Positions 20,554-29,653 of a stretch of 64,000 nt of DNA are shown here, in pieces. The DNA lies in contig CBDBDR010000017.1 in the NCBI GenBank assembly GCA_965203965.1, positions 1,408,001 to 1,472,000 of the forward strand, in the 5' to 3' direction. The translations under genes and the position numbers were made by a program. Below the pieces are notes generated by a model. The model saw only the letters and a program-made list of their open reading frames with translations. It was not told where the DNA came from and made no database searches. How positions within the stretch are numbered: the stretch's first letter is position 1; every line of letters begins with the position of its first letter. The stretch comes from Thermodesulfobacteriota bacterium (GTDB lineage Bacteria; Desulfobacterota_D; UBA1144; Nemesobacterales; JAJCZQ01).

Positions 20554-21396
20554 GTGAGTAAAATCTCAATGAGGCTAGGGCATAGTCCCGATGCAGATGA
20601 TGCGTTCATGTTTTATGCGATGGCGAAGGGGAAAGTTGGTTCCCATCTGATTGATTTTAAGCACGTGATAGAAGATATTCAGTCGTTAAATAAAAGAGCT
20701 TTGAAAATGGAGTTGGAAACTTCTGCCATTTCGGCGCACGGCTACCTTAAAGTCCAGGATCATTACAGGATCATGTCGTGTGGTGCGAGCATGGGAAAGG
20801 GTTATGGTCCGATCGTTGTTGCAAATGAGCCTATGAATGACCTGAAGGGCAAGAAAATAGCAGTTCCCGGAAAGCTAACAACGGCATACTTGTTGCTGAT
20901 GCTTTACGTTGATGATTTTATTCCGGTGGAAGCTGACTTTGATGCGATCATTGATAAGGTCAGGAACAACGAGGTAGATGCCGGATTGCTGATACATGAG
21001 GGTCAGTTGACCTATGGGGATTTTGGATTGGAAAAACTCATTGATCTTGGTGAGTGCTGGGCAAATGACACGTCCTTACCTTTACCACTTGGCTTGAACG
21101 TTATTCGCAGGGATATTGAGAGATCACTACAGGTGGAAACTATCAGAGTTCACCAGCAGAGCATAGAATATGCACTTAATAACAAAGACGAGGCGCTTGA
21201 GTATGCGCTTGGGTTCGGAAGAGGAATGGCAAAGGACGTTGCTGAGAGATTTGTCTTAATGTATGTGAATGATCTTACCGTCAACTTGGGAGAAAAAGGT
21301 GTTGCTGCATTAGATCATTTATTCAATTGCTCTTATGATGTGGGATTGATAGACCAGAAACCTACGCTTGATATACTGGAGTATAAACCTTATTAA
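20554..21396 (+). CDS. mqnD: 1,4-dihydroxy-6-naphthoate synthase
   Basis: HSPDADDAFMFYA, GYGPIVV, LIHEGQLTY, LPLPLG, MYVN. Confidence 0.9.
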   Translation: MSKISMRLGHSPDADDAFMFYAMAKGKVGSHLIDFKHVIEDIQSLNKRALKMELETSAISAHGYLKVQDHYRIMSCGASMGKGYGPIVVANEPMNDLKGKKIAVPGKLTTAYLLLMLYVDDFIPVEADFDAIIDKVRNNEVDAGLLIHEGQLTYGDFGLEKLIDLGECWANDTSLPLPLGLNVIRRDIERSLQVETIRVHQQSIEYALNNKDEALEYALGFGRGMAKDVAERFVLMYVNDLTVNLGEKGVAALDHLFNCSYDVGLIDQKPTLDILEYKPY

Positions 21397-21452
21397 CGGT
21401 GTTTGTCATTGGTGGACGGTTTAAGGTGTTTTAATTTTGGCAACTTAACCAA

Positions 21453-22694
21453 TCAATTTAGACCCCTGCTATAGATTATATTCCCATTTACCATGTTCAT
21501 TTTCAATCTGTCTTTGTCGGCAAGGATCACCTGTAAATAAGGGTCATCCGATCTCTCTTTGTATGACAAGAATATCAGATCAGCCTTTTTGCCCGTTTCT
21601 ATCGACCCGACCCTATCCTCAATGAACAACGACCTTGCTCCGCCAAGAGTGGCTGAATACACGGTCTGGAACGAAGATCGGCGTTTGTTCATACCTAATA
21701 GTATTTCATAAAATGCCGTCATTTCTTCAAAGTAATCCAGGCTGCTGTTGCTTGATAGTCCATCCGTTGCAAGTCCTAGTTTCTCAAGTTCGGTCAGTTT
21801 GGCAAGGGGAGGTGTCCCAACCTTTAGGTATTTATTACTGCGAGGACAAACGATAACCCCGATTTTCTTTTTTTTGATCTCGTCTATTTCTTCATCCGAG
21901 ATCTGGGTTGCATGCACTATGGTCAAATTGGATTGCAGGTTGTATCCATATTTTTTAAGATAGTCCAATGGATTTTTAGCATAAGGACGTTCATATTTCT
22001 CCTTTTCTATCAAGGGGTATAACTGTTCTTCTATCTTATTAGGCTCATTTCTTATAAACAGAATTTCATCTTCGCTTTCGGCAAGGTGTATTCCGATAGC
22101 CAAGTTGTTTTTGACCGATGTTCTGAATATTTTTTTCAGCAATTCAGGTGAGCAAGAGTAGGGTGCATGTGGAAAAGGTCTGACCTCAATCATGTTTTCC
22201 TTGACGTATTTTTTTTTATCAAAGACTTCAATATGCCTGTCAAACAGCTCTTCAAATATAATTGCCCTGATACCAGAACCTTTAACTATATCTTTATCCA
22301 AACCGTCATAGGAGGATATTTCACCAACTGTGGAAACTCCCGTTTTGATTAGACTGGATAGTCCATCTTTTACGGATTGTCTTATTAGTTCTTCGGTTAT
22401 TTTTTTTTCTATCTTCAGTTTGATTATATGCGTCAGCCACTGGGTGAAGTTTTTGAAGTTCCCAATTTTGCCAAACATCCATCCAAGTTCGAGATGAACG
22501 TGCCCGTTTATAAATCCCGGCAACAAGATGCCTTTGCCGAGGTTAATTTCGGTAAACCTCTTATATTTTTTCCTTATGTCGCCACTGTTTCCCATGTCTA
22601 TGATGTCGCTGCCGGAGATCACCACAGACCCATAGTACAGTGGCTTTGCCGCTATGGGTAATATGGTTTCTGCGGACAGTATTGTTTTGTTCAT
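21453..22694 (-). CDS. Amidohydrolase, likely aminodeoxyfutalosine deaminase
   Basis: PGFINGHVHLE, PHAPYS, HLAES, CPRSN, TDGLSSN; adjacent to mqnAD. Confidence 0.7.
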   Translation of the reverse strand: MNKTILSAETILPIAAKPLYYGSVVISGSDIIDMGNSGDIRKKYKRFTEINLGKGILLPGFINGHVHLELGWMFGKIGNFKNFTQWLTHIIKLKIEKKITEELIRQSVKDGLSSLIKTGVSTVGEISSYDGLDKDIVKGSGIRAIIFEELFDRHIEVFDKKKYVKENMIEVRPFPHAPYSCSPELLKKIFRTSVKNNLAIGIHLAESEDEILFIRNEPNKIEEQLYPLIEKEKYERPYAKNPLDYLKKYGYNLQSNLTIVHATQISDEEIDEIKKKKIGVIVCPRSNKYLKVGTPPLAKLTELEKLGLATDGLSSNSSLDYFEEMTAFYEILLGMNKRRSSFQTVYSATLGGARSLFIEDRVGSIETGKKADLIFLSYKERSDDPYLQVILADKDRLKMNMVNGNIIYSRGLN

Positions 22695-22775
22695 AGTCGG
22701 GAAAATTATTACCAAAAGGGTTAAAAAGTTATCTCCTTTTGTAACACCGAGTGGTCACATTAAAGGAGAGTTGAA

Positions 22776-23654
22776 CTATTGTATATCTATTTTGTTCTGC
22801 TTGCGGATCTTTTCCAACAGATCATTGCTGATAATACCTGTTGCCACTTCTTCCACCGGACCTTTCATTTTTATTGACCAGTCTTCTCTTACGTGAATAT
22901 TCAATGCCCCGCCGGGCATATTTATCAGTACCTCGTTGTCCGTCAAACCGTTTTTCACTGCTGCTGCTGCCACTGCACACGAACTGCTGCCGGACGCAAG
23001 CGTGTATCCTGCCCCTCGCTCCCATATAAGAATATCAATTGAATTGTCTGAAGTAACCTTTGCAATTTGGACGTTTATTCTGTTGGGAAACAGCTTGTTA
23101 TTTTCAATGAGTGCTCCGACTTTCTTAGTGTAGTTGACGTCAAGTTCATTGGAAAATATTACACAATGAGGGTTACCGACTGATAACGCGGTAAAATTAA
23201 ATATCTCGCCCTCTATTCTCATCTCTTCGTTGATCACTTCTCTCTCATTTCCTGCGACTGGAATATCTTTGCTGTTAAAAGTTGCAACGCCCATTTCTAC
23301 TGTTACGTGTCTTACGGTGTCATCTTCAACGCTTAGTTCGCAAGTTACCATGCCTCCGGGGGTTTTGATCTGGAACTCTTTGCTATTTGTGTAACCGTAT
23401 TCATACAAATACTTAGAAAATATTCTCAGACCGTTCCCGCTTTTCTCTGCTTCGCTTCCGTCGGGGTTGATAATTTTCAACCCGAACACGTCGGGTTCAA
23501 TGGAAGTCAGAAGTAATATGCCGTCGGAACCTATGCCAAAATTCCTGTGGCAGATCAATCTAGCTGTTTCAGAAGTGATGTTGAAAGAGAGCTTGTTGTT
23601 ATCTAGAACAATGTAGTCGTTACCAAGCCCATGTGATTTTACAAACTCGTTCAT
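22776..23654 (-). CDS. dapF: Diaminopimelate epimerase-like protein (Ser at both catalytic positions)
   Basis: KSHGLGNDY, GIGSDG, GNPHCV, WERGAGYTLAS. Confidence 0.8.
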   Translation of the reverse strand: MNEFVKSHGLGNDYIVLDNNKLSFNITSETARLICHRNFGIGSDGILLLTSIEPDVFGLKIINPDGSEAEKSGNGLRIFSKYLYEYGYTNSKEFQIKTPGGMVTCELSVEDDTVRHVTVEMGVATFNSKDIPVAGNEREVINEEMRIEGEIFNFTALSVGNPHCVIFSNELDVNYTKKVGALIENNKLFPNRINVQIAKVTSDNSIDILIWERGAGYTLASGSSSCAVAAAAVKNGLTDNEVLINMPGGALNIHVREDWSIKMKGPVEEVATGIISNDLLEKIRKQNKIDIQ

Positions 23655-23750
23655 TGGTGTGAAAAAAAATAGAAGTTAACGCATTATGATCTGCCCGATC
23701 TGATAACCGAGCAGATCATTATATAAAAACTCAATTATTGTTCTATAAAC

Positions 23751-23954
23751 CTACTCGTCAAGAATAAAAGTTATTCTGACGTGTGCTCTGTATTCGGTTA
23801 TTTTACCGTTTTCTATATGGGCATTCATCTTAGTAACTTCAATTCCCGTGAGACCTCTTATAGTTTTGTTAGCTCTGTCAAGAGCCTGATCAACGGCGTC
23901 ATCCCATGATTTAGGGGAACCGCCCACGACTTCTGTTATTCTTGCAACTGCCAT
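23751..23954 (-). CDS. Dodecin family protein
   Basis: EVVGGSPKSWDDAV...NKTIRGL...EYRAHVRITF. Confidence 0.9.
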   Translation of the reverse strand: MAVARITEVVGGSPKSWDDAVDQALDRANKTIRGLTGIEVTKMNAHIENGKITEYRAHVRITFILDE

Positions 23955-24096
23955 AATGCTACCTCCTTTAAGTTATTTGCCATTAATAATATTACTATAA
24001 ATCTTCATTGTAATGCAACTTATGATCGTGTGGAATGAAGTTGTTAGCAATTAAATTTCTGGTGGAAATTTTTCTGATTTGTTCTCTGACATTTGA

Positions 24097-24879
24097 TCAG
24101 ACCGTATTTATCAATGTAATAACTATGATCCCAAAGCCTATGACTGCTCCCATAGCGGCTTTTTTCCCTTTCCAGCCGAGTGATAACCTACAGTTTAGCA
24201 GGGTCGCATATACGATCCAAGTAACGACCGACCAGGTCTCTTTATCACTCCATTTCCAATCGGGTCCCAAAATCTGGTTTGCAATAAAAAAACCAACCGC
24301 CATTCCAATAGTAATAAGGGGAAATCCTAACGTCAATCCAATATGGTTGATCTTGTCAAGCGTGTTTAGTGAAGGTAATTGTTGCAGCATGCTCCCAAAC
24401 TGCTTTCCCTTGATCTTACGTTCTTCAAAAAGGTAGAAAACCCCAGCAACAAAAGCTATTGCAAAAATTGCCAGAGCGAGAAATATCAGGATAACGTGCG
24501 TTATTAGTATCCAAGGATTGTTTATCGTTGGATCTTCAGTTTGGATCATTCCGTGTGGGACTATTAGGCTTGGCACCATGCCAATGAAAGCGAGGGAGAA
24601 AATGAACGCACCGATAAAAGGGAGTTTATAGATCAAATTTGAGATCAGAAAAACTAATGGGATGAACCATGCAAATATAACTAATGACTTTTCAAGACCA
24701 TCCACTTGGATAATTTCTCCAAATGTTATCTTATACAGATAATAAGTGTGCAGTATGAAGCCAAAGACCCCGATATAGAGTCCGATCTTAGAATATCTCT
24801 CGTTTTGTCTCAACAAGCCAGAAATAAAAAATATCAGGCTGAAAAAGTAGCTAAGTGTAATTGCGTAAGAGATATACAT
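24097..24879 (-). CDS. Cytochrome c assembly protein CcsA-like
   Basis: Multi-TM, LPSLNTLD, WxWxDKETW-like motif, GWKGKKAA. Confidence 0.8.
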   Translation of the reverse strand: MYISYAITLSYFFSLIFFISGLLRQNERYSKIGLYIGVFGFILHTYYLYKITFGEIIQVDGLEKSLVIFAWFIPLVFLISNLIYKLPFIGAFIFSLAFIGMVPSLIVPHGMIQTEDPTINNPWILITHVILIFLALAIFAIAFVAGVFYLFEERKIKGKQFGSMLQQLPSLNTLDKINHIGLTLGFPLITIGMAVGFFIANQILGPDWKWSDKETWSVVTWIVYATLLNCRLSLGWKGKKAAMGAVIGFGIIVITLINTV

Positions 24880-24932
24880 TAAACAGTGTATAGCAGACCA
24901 TCCATTAACACGGGAACTGGATAATTCCGCTG

Positions 24933-25997
24933 TTATAAATTTTTCAAACTTTCAGTCTGATAAAAAGTTGTCAGAGAGTCTATCAGCTCGTTCAATCCAC
25001 CATCCAATACTGATTCTATCTTGTGCAACGTGAGTCCTATTCTATGCTCGGTAACACGACCTTGTGGAAAATTGTAGGTTCTTATTTTTTCGCTTCTATT
25101 GCCCGATCCGATCTGATTTTTCCTGCTGTCTGAAAGCTCGCTTTCTCTTCTGGCTTCTTCTATTTCATATAGTTTTGCTCTGAGCATTTTCATTGCATGC
25201 ATCCTGTTCTTGTGCTGTGAGCGTTCATCCTGACACTGAACGACGATACCAGATGGCACGTGCGTTATCCTTATTGCAGAGTCCGTTTTGTTTACGTGCT
25301 GTCCTCCAGCACCAGATGCCCTGTATGTATCTACCCTCAAGTCTTTCTCGTCAATTTGCACGTCCACCTCATCTGCATCTGGCAGGATGGCAACGGTTGC
25401 AGTGGAAGTGTGTATTCTGCCTCCGGTTTCGGTTTCAGGTATCCGCTGCACTCTGTGAACTCCACTTTCATATTTTAATGTTCCGTAAATGTTCTTGCCT
25501 TCAATTGAGCATGATATTTCTTTTATCCCCCCGATCCCGGTCTCGTTCAGGCTCAAGGTTTCCAACTTCCATTTCCTGTTTTCACAGAACCTGTTATACA
25601 TGCGGAACAGATTGGACGCGAAGAGCGCCGCTTCTTCTCCCCCAGTGCCGGCTCTGATCTCCAATATTACGTTTTTTTTATCTTTTGGGTCTTTTGGAAG
25701 TAACTGTAGCTTGAGTTTGTTTTCCAAGTTCTCTTTTTCTTCTTCCAGTAGACTATTTTCTTCTTTAACAAGACTGGAAAGCTCTTTATCGTTCAGTAAT
25801 TGTTTATTTTCTTCGATGTTCTGTGATACTTTTTTAAATTCCCTGTAAGTTTGAACTATATCTTCTAATTCAGACCTTTCCACGGAGAATTTTTTTATAT
25901 CTCCCGGTGATAGATTGGGTTGGTTCAGATTGTTTTCTATCTCGGAGTACTTGCTTTCAACTTCTTCCAACTTACTTAGCATACCCGTGTCAGCCAT
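24933..25997 (-). CDS. prfA: Peptide chain release factor 1
   Basis: EIRAGTGGEEA, PET motif, GGQHVN, RTYNFPQ. Confidence 0.96.
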   Translation of the reverse strand: MADTGMLSKLEEVESKYSEIENNLNQPNLSPGDIKKFSVERSELEDIVQTYREFKKVSQNIEENKQLLNDKELSSLVKEENSLLEEEKENLENKLKLQLLPKDPKDKKNVILEIRAGTGGEEAALFASNLFRMYNRFCENRKWKLETLSLNETGIGGIKEISCSIEGKNIYGTLKYESGVHRVQRIPETETGGRIHTSTATVAILPDADEVDVQIDEKDLRVDTYRASGAGGQHVNKTDSAIRITHVPSGIVVQCQDERSQHKNRMHAMKMLRAKLYEIEEARRESELSDSRKNQIGSGNRSEKIRTYNFPQGRVTEHRIGLTLHKIESVLDGGLNELIDSLTTFYQTESLKNL

Positions 25998-26044
25998 TTG
26001 GGTTATATTTACATAACTTGCAATAATTTCAATAAAAGATAGAA

Positions 26045-26260
26045 TTGCAAAAACAAGAAATCATGGATGTTCTTGAAGGCAAACTAAGGGATTTCATAGA
26101 TAAGAACAACAAAATTATTGACAGTTATGGAGAGCTCAGATCTGAACTTATGTATTTGAAGGATAAAATAAGCGGTCTTGAAGAAGAGAAAATTCAATTA
26201 AGGCAAAGAGTTGACACAATTATAGAGAAGATCGAAATACATCTGAGAAATTCAGGGTGA
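26045..26260 (+). CDS. Short coiled-coil protein, ZapB-like
   Basis: Heptad pattern; directly upstream of zapA. Confidence 0.55.
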   Translation: MQKQEIMDVLEGKLRDFIDKNNKIIDSYGELRSELMYLKDKISGLEEEKIQLRQRVDTIIEKIEIHLRNSG

Positions 26261-26267
26261 TTAAATT

Positions 26268-26594
26268 ATGAGAAGTGTCAGAATAAATATCCTTAATAAG
26301 GATTACGTTGTTAAAACTGATGCAGAAGAAGACTACATGAAACAACTTGCCCAATTTCTTGAAGAAAAGGTCAAAGAGTTGGGTGCTCAAGAAATTTCAG
26401 ATATTCCCTATCCGTTCCTCTTAGCAGCTTTCAAGGTTACTGATGATTTCTTTACAGCAAAAAAAGAAATTGAGGAGTACAGGAACCGTGCTAAGGAAAA
26501 ATCAAGAGAATTGGTCGAAATATTGGACGGATCAATCACGAAGATCAACGATCTGCAGTTGGATTTCAGGGGAAACAGTTTTAAGCAAGAATAA
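26268..26594 (+). CDS. zapA: Cell division protein ZapA
   Basis: VRINILNKDYVVK...EDYMKQLAQFLEEKV; zapA-ygfA-rny context. Confidence 0.8.
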   Translation: MRSVRINILNKDYVVKTDAEEDYMKQLAQFLEEKVKELGAQEISDIPYPFLLAAFKVTDDFFTAKKEIEEYRNRAKEKSRELVEILDGSITKINDLQLDFRGNSFKQE

Positions 26595-26601
26595 TTGGTA
26601 T

Positions 26602-27270
26602 TTGGGTTCTGAACCGCAGTTATCATCTTGCTTTCAAAATAATCAATTCAATATAGATCGTAATATTACAAATTTATCCTCACTTGAAGATGCCAAGCGA
26701 TCTCTTCGCAACGAGGCATTAAAAAAGCGTTTGCAGTTATCCAAAGTATTTACGGATCGTCTCAGTCGTTTGATCTGTGAGAATCTTGTTGCAACTTCCC
26801 ATTACAAGAAAGCAAAGAGCGTTGCCTTGTTTTATCCGATCAAGAACGAGGCAGATCCGCTCGGTGTTTTTGGAAGTTGTATTGATTCAAATAAAAAAGT
26901 TCTGTTCCCAAGAATAGAAGGAGAAGGTCTTGTATTTCACAAGGTTGATTCTCTGAGCGATCTCAGATTGAGCAAGCACCGTATATATGAGCCTGATCCG
27001 GGGTTGCCCGAAATGAAGGTGGAAGATATAGAGCTTTTTATCATTCCCGGCTTGGCTTTTGATTTGAACGGTAACAGGTTGGGTTACGGTAAAGGCTATT
27101 ATGACAGGTGTTTAGCCCCAGTGACCGATGGAATAATCGTGGGTTTTTGCTTCTGTTCCCAAGTTCTTAGATCTCTGCCGAGTGGCTTGCTTGACAAGAA
27201 AATGGACTATCTCGCAAGTGAGAATGGTGTGTTGAGTTGTAAATGTCAGAATAGGAGGGAATATCAGTGA
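26602..27270 (+). CDS. ygfA: 5-formyltetrahydrofolate cyclo-ligase (start uncertain, in-frame TTG at 26602)
   Basis: KRSLR, IIPGLAFDLNGNRLGYGKGYYDR. Confidence 0.85.
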   Translation: MGSEPQLSSCFQNNQFNIDRNITNLSSLEDAKRSLRNEALKKRLQLSKVFTDRLSRLICENLVATSHYKKAKSVALFYPIKNEADPLGVFGSCIDSNKKVLFPRIEGEGLVFHKVDSLSDLRLSKHRIYEPDPGLPEMKVEDIELFIIPGLAFDLNGNRLGYGKGYYDRCLAPVTDGIIVGFCFCSQVLRSLPSGLLDKKMDYLASENGVLSCKCQNRREYQ

Positions 27271-28823
27271 GTATAGTTGGAATTATTATACTAGTTGTTG
27301 CTTTTATAGCCGGATTTGCGGCGTATTTTGCTTACATGAGATTGATCGTGAACAAGAAAATTGAAAACAATGAGCGTAGATCAAAGGCTGCTCTTGAGGA
27401 TGCAAAAAAAGAAGCAGAGCGAGTGGTAATGAAAGGTGAATTAAAAGCAAAGGAAATTGTTGAAAAGAAAAATTCACAACTTGATAGGATGACCAGTGAA
27501 AAGCAAAGAGAGTTTTCCAAAATTGAAAAAAGACTTCAGAACCGAGAGGAGTCAATAGACAAAAGACACGAGGTTTATGAAAAGAAGCTCAGCGAAGTTG
27601 AAGTGTTGGAGAAAGAGCTTGACAAGCGGGGGCTTGATTTTCAGGCAAAGCAGGAAGAGCTTGATTCCGTTATTGAGCAGGCTAAAGGTAAAATTGAAGA
27701 GATAGCCGAAATGAGCAGAGAAGACGCGAAGCAGGAGCTTGTAAATATTGTTGAATATGAAGCGAGGCATGAATCCGCAAAGAAATTAAAGCAGATAGAA
27801 GAAGACCTTAATAAATCAGCGGAGGAAAAGGCAAAAAACATAATCTCTCTTGCGATGCAGAGATACGCAGGCTCGTATGCTGGAGAAAAAACTACTTCCG
27901 TGGTCAATCTACCAAGTGATGATATGAAGGGAAGGATAATAGGTCGTGAAGGCAGGAATATCAGGTCGCTGGAGTTGGTAACGGGGGTTGATCTTATCGT
28001 TGATGATACTCCTGAAGTTGTAGTGGTCTCTTCATTGAATCCTATAAGAAGGGATGTAGCCAAAAAGTCCCTTGAAAAGTTGATAGAAGATGGACACATA
28101 CACCCAACAAGGATTGAAGGGGTAGTAAAAGAGGTTCAGGAAGAGGTTGAGAAGGAGATACAGAAAGCGGGGAGAGAAGCCGTTTTTGATCTGGGAATAT
28201 CCGATATGCACGACGATCTTGTTAAACACTTAGGAAGGCTGAAATACAGAACAAGCTATTCACAGAACATACTTAATCATTCGATTGAAGTTGCCTTTAT
28301 ATGCGGGATGTTAGCTTCTGAAATAAGTTTTGATCTCAAGTTAGCTAGAAGGGCAGGACTTCTGCATGATATAGGTAAATCAGTTGATCATGAGGTGCAG
28401 GGTTCACATATTGATATTGGAATTGAGCTTGTTAAAAAATATGGTGAGCCTCAGGAAATTGTAGATGCCTGTGCCAAGTCGCATGATCCGCAGCCTCAAG
28501 GTGTGTTACCTCTATTGGTCCAGGCGGCAGATGCCATTTCTGCTGCAAGACCGGGTGCGAGGAGAGAATCCTATCAGGCTTATATAAACAGGATTGAAAG
28601 TATTGAAAATATAGCGGACTCTTTTCATGGAGTTGAAAAATGTTATGCGATCCAAGCAGGTAGAGAGGTCAGAGTGATAGTTGAGAACTCAAACGTTAAT
28701 GATGATGAGGCGGCTCTGCTATCTCATGAGATCGCAAAGAAGATAGAAAAGGAAGTAACTTACCCCGGACAAGTAAAAGTAACCGTTATCCGTGAAGTGA
28801 GATCTGTGGCTTACGCTTCATAG
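27267..28823 (+). CDS. rny: Ribonuclease Y
   Basis: N-terminal TM, coiled coil, KGRIIGREGRNIR (KH), LLHDIGK (HD). Confidence 0.96.
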   Translation: MSIVGIIILVVAFIAGFAAYFAYMRLIVNKKIENNERRSKAALEDAKKEAERVVMKGELKAKEIVEKKNSQLDRMTSEKQREFSKIEKRLQNREESIDKRHEVYEKKLSEVEVLEKELDKRGLDFQAKQEELDSVIEQAKGKIEEIAEMSREDAKQELVNIVEYEARHESAKKLKQIEEDLNKSAEEKAKNIISLAMQRYAGSYAGEKTTSVVNLPSDDMKGRIIGREGRNIRSLELVTGVDLIVDDTPEVVVVSSLNPIRRDVAKKSLEKLIEDGHIHPTRIEGVVKEVQEEVEKEIQKAGREAVFDLGISDMHDDLVKHLGRLKYRTSYSQNILNHSIEVAFICGMLASEISFDLKLARRAGLLHDIGKSVDHEVQGSHIDIGIELVKKYGEPQEIVDACAKSHDPQPQGVLPLLVQAADAISAARPGARRESYQAYINRIESIENIADSFHGVEKCYAIQAGREVRVIVENSNVNDDEAALLSHEIAKKIEKEVTYPGQVKVTVIREVRSVAYAS

Positions 28824-28863
28824 ACCTGACTACTCTGTAAGTCTTTTGAGGGGAATTTTAATA

Positions 28864-29565
28864 CTAACGCAATCCATTGAGTTGATACTGTGCATGTTGG
28901 ACAAGATGTGTGTTGCCTTGGCTTTCTGCGAGTTTTATAGTTTTTCGTAGGTCGGTATTTGCTTCAGAGGTCTTATTCAAGGTTTTATGAGCAACTCCTC
29001 GGTTACAATAAGCCTCTGCAAATCCTGATACTAACTCGATCGCACTTGTGAAATCCGCGACCGCTTTATCATTTTCCCCTTTGTCCATATATGCAAGTCC
29101 ACGGTTGTTATATACGTCTGCATCTTCGGGTTTCAATTCAATTGTTTTAGTGAAATCTGCAATGGCTTCGTCATAAGAACCGATCACGGCATAGGAAAGA
29201 CCGCGGTTGTTATACGCCTCGGCAAAGTTTGGATCAAGTTCAACCGCCTTGCTGAAATCTGCAACTGCCCTGCTGAGACTACTATTTCTGGCGTAAAGGA
29301 TCCCGCGGTTGCCATAAGCCTCCGCAAAGTCTGGGTTCAGATTGATAGCCTTGTTGTAGCATTCAGTTGCTTTATCATATTTGCCCACGCTTTCATAAGC
29401 GACCCCGCTGTGGTTGTATGCCTCTGCAAAATCTCGTTTTAGTTCAACTGCTTTTTCAAATTCCTGTATAGCTCTAAAAGCATCGCCTTTGCTTAGATAT
29501 TCATTCCCACTTTTGAAATATCCTTCGGCGTCTTTCGGTTCTGATCCAGTATCAGGTTTATTCAT
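28864..29565 (-). CDS. TPR repeat protein (about 6 TPRs)
   Basis: Repeated AEAYxNRG...AIELxP. Confidence 0.9.
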   Translation of the reverse strand: MNKPDTGSEPKDAEGYFKSGNEYLSKGDAFRAIQEFEKAVELKRDFAEAYNHSGVAYESVGKYDKATECYNKAINLNPDFAEAYGNRGILYARNSSLSRAVADFSKAVELDPNFAEAYNNRGLSYAVIGSYDEAIADFTKTIELKPEDADVYNNRGLAYMDKGENDKAVADFTSAIELVSGFAEAYCNRGVAHKTLNKTSEANTDLRKTIKLAESQGNTHLVQHAQYQLNGLR

Positions 29566-29653
29566 GTTCGTTCTCCACAAGTTATGTTTTTTTCAAAGTG
29601 ATATTATACAGTAAAATCAGCGGGTAGTTGATTTTTACTTTTATATTAGGTGG
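29553..29653. repeat. 101-bp direct repeat copy 1 (promoter and start of TPR gene)
   Basis: Near-identical to 33275-33375; contains minus-strand TATAAT at 29603-29608. Confidence 0.9.
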
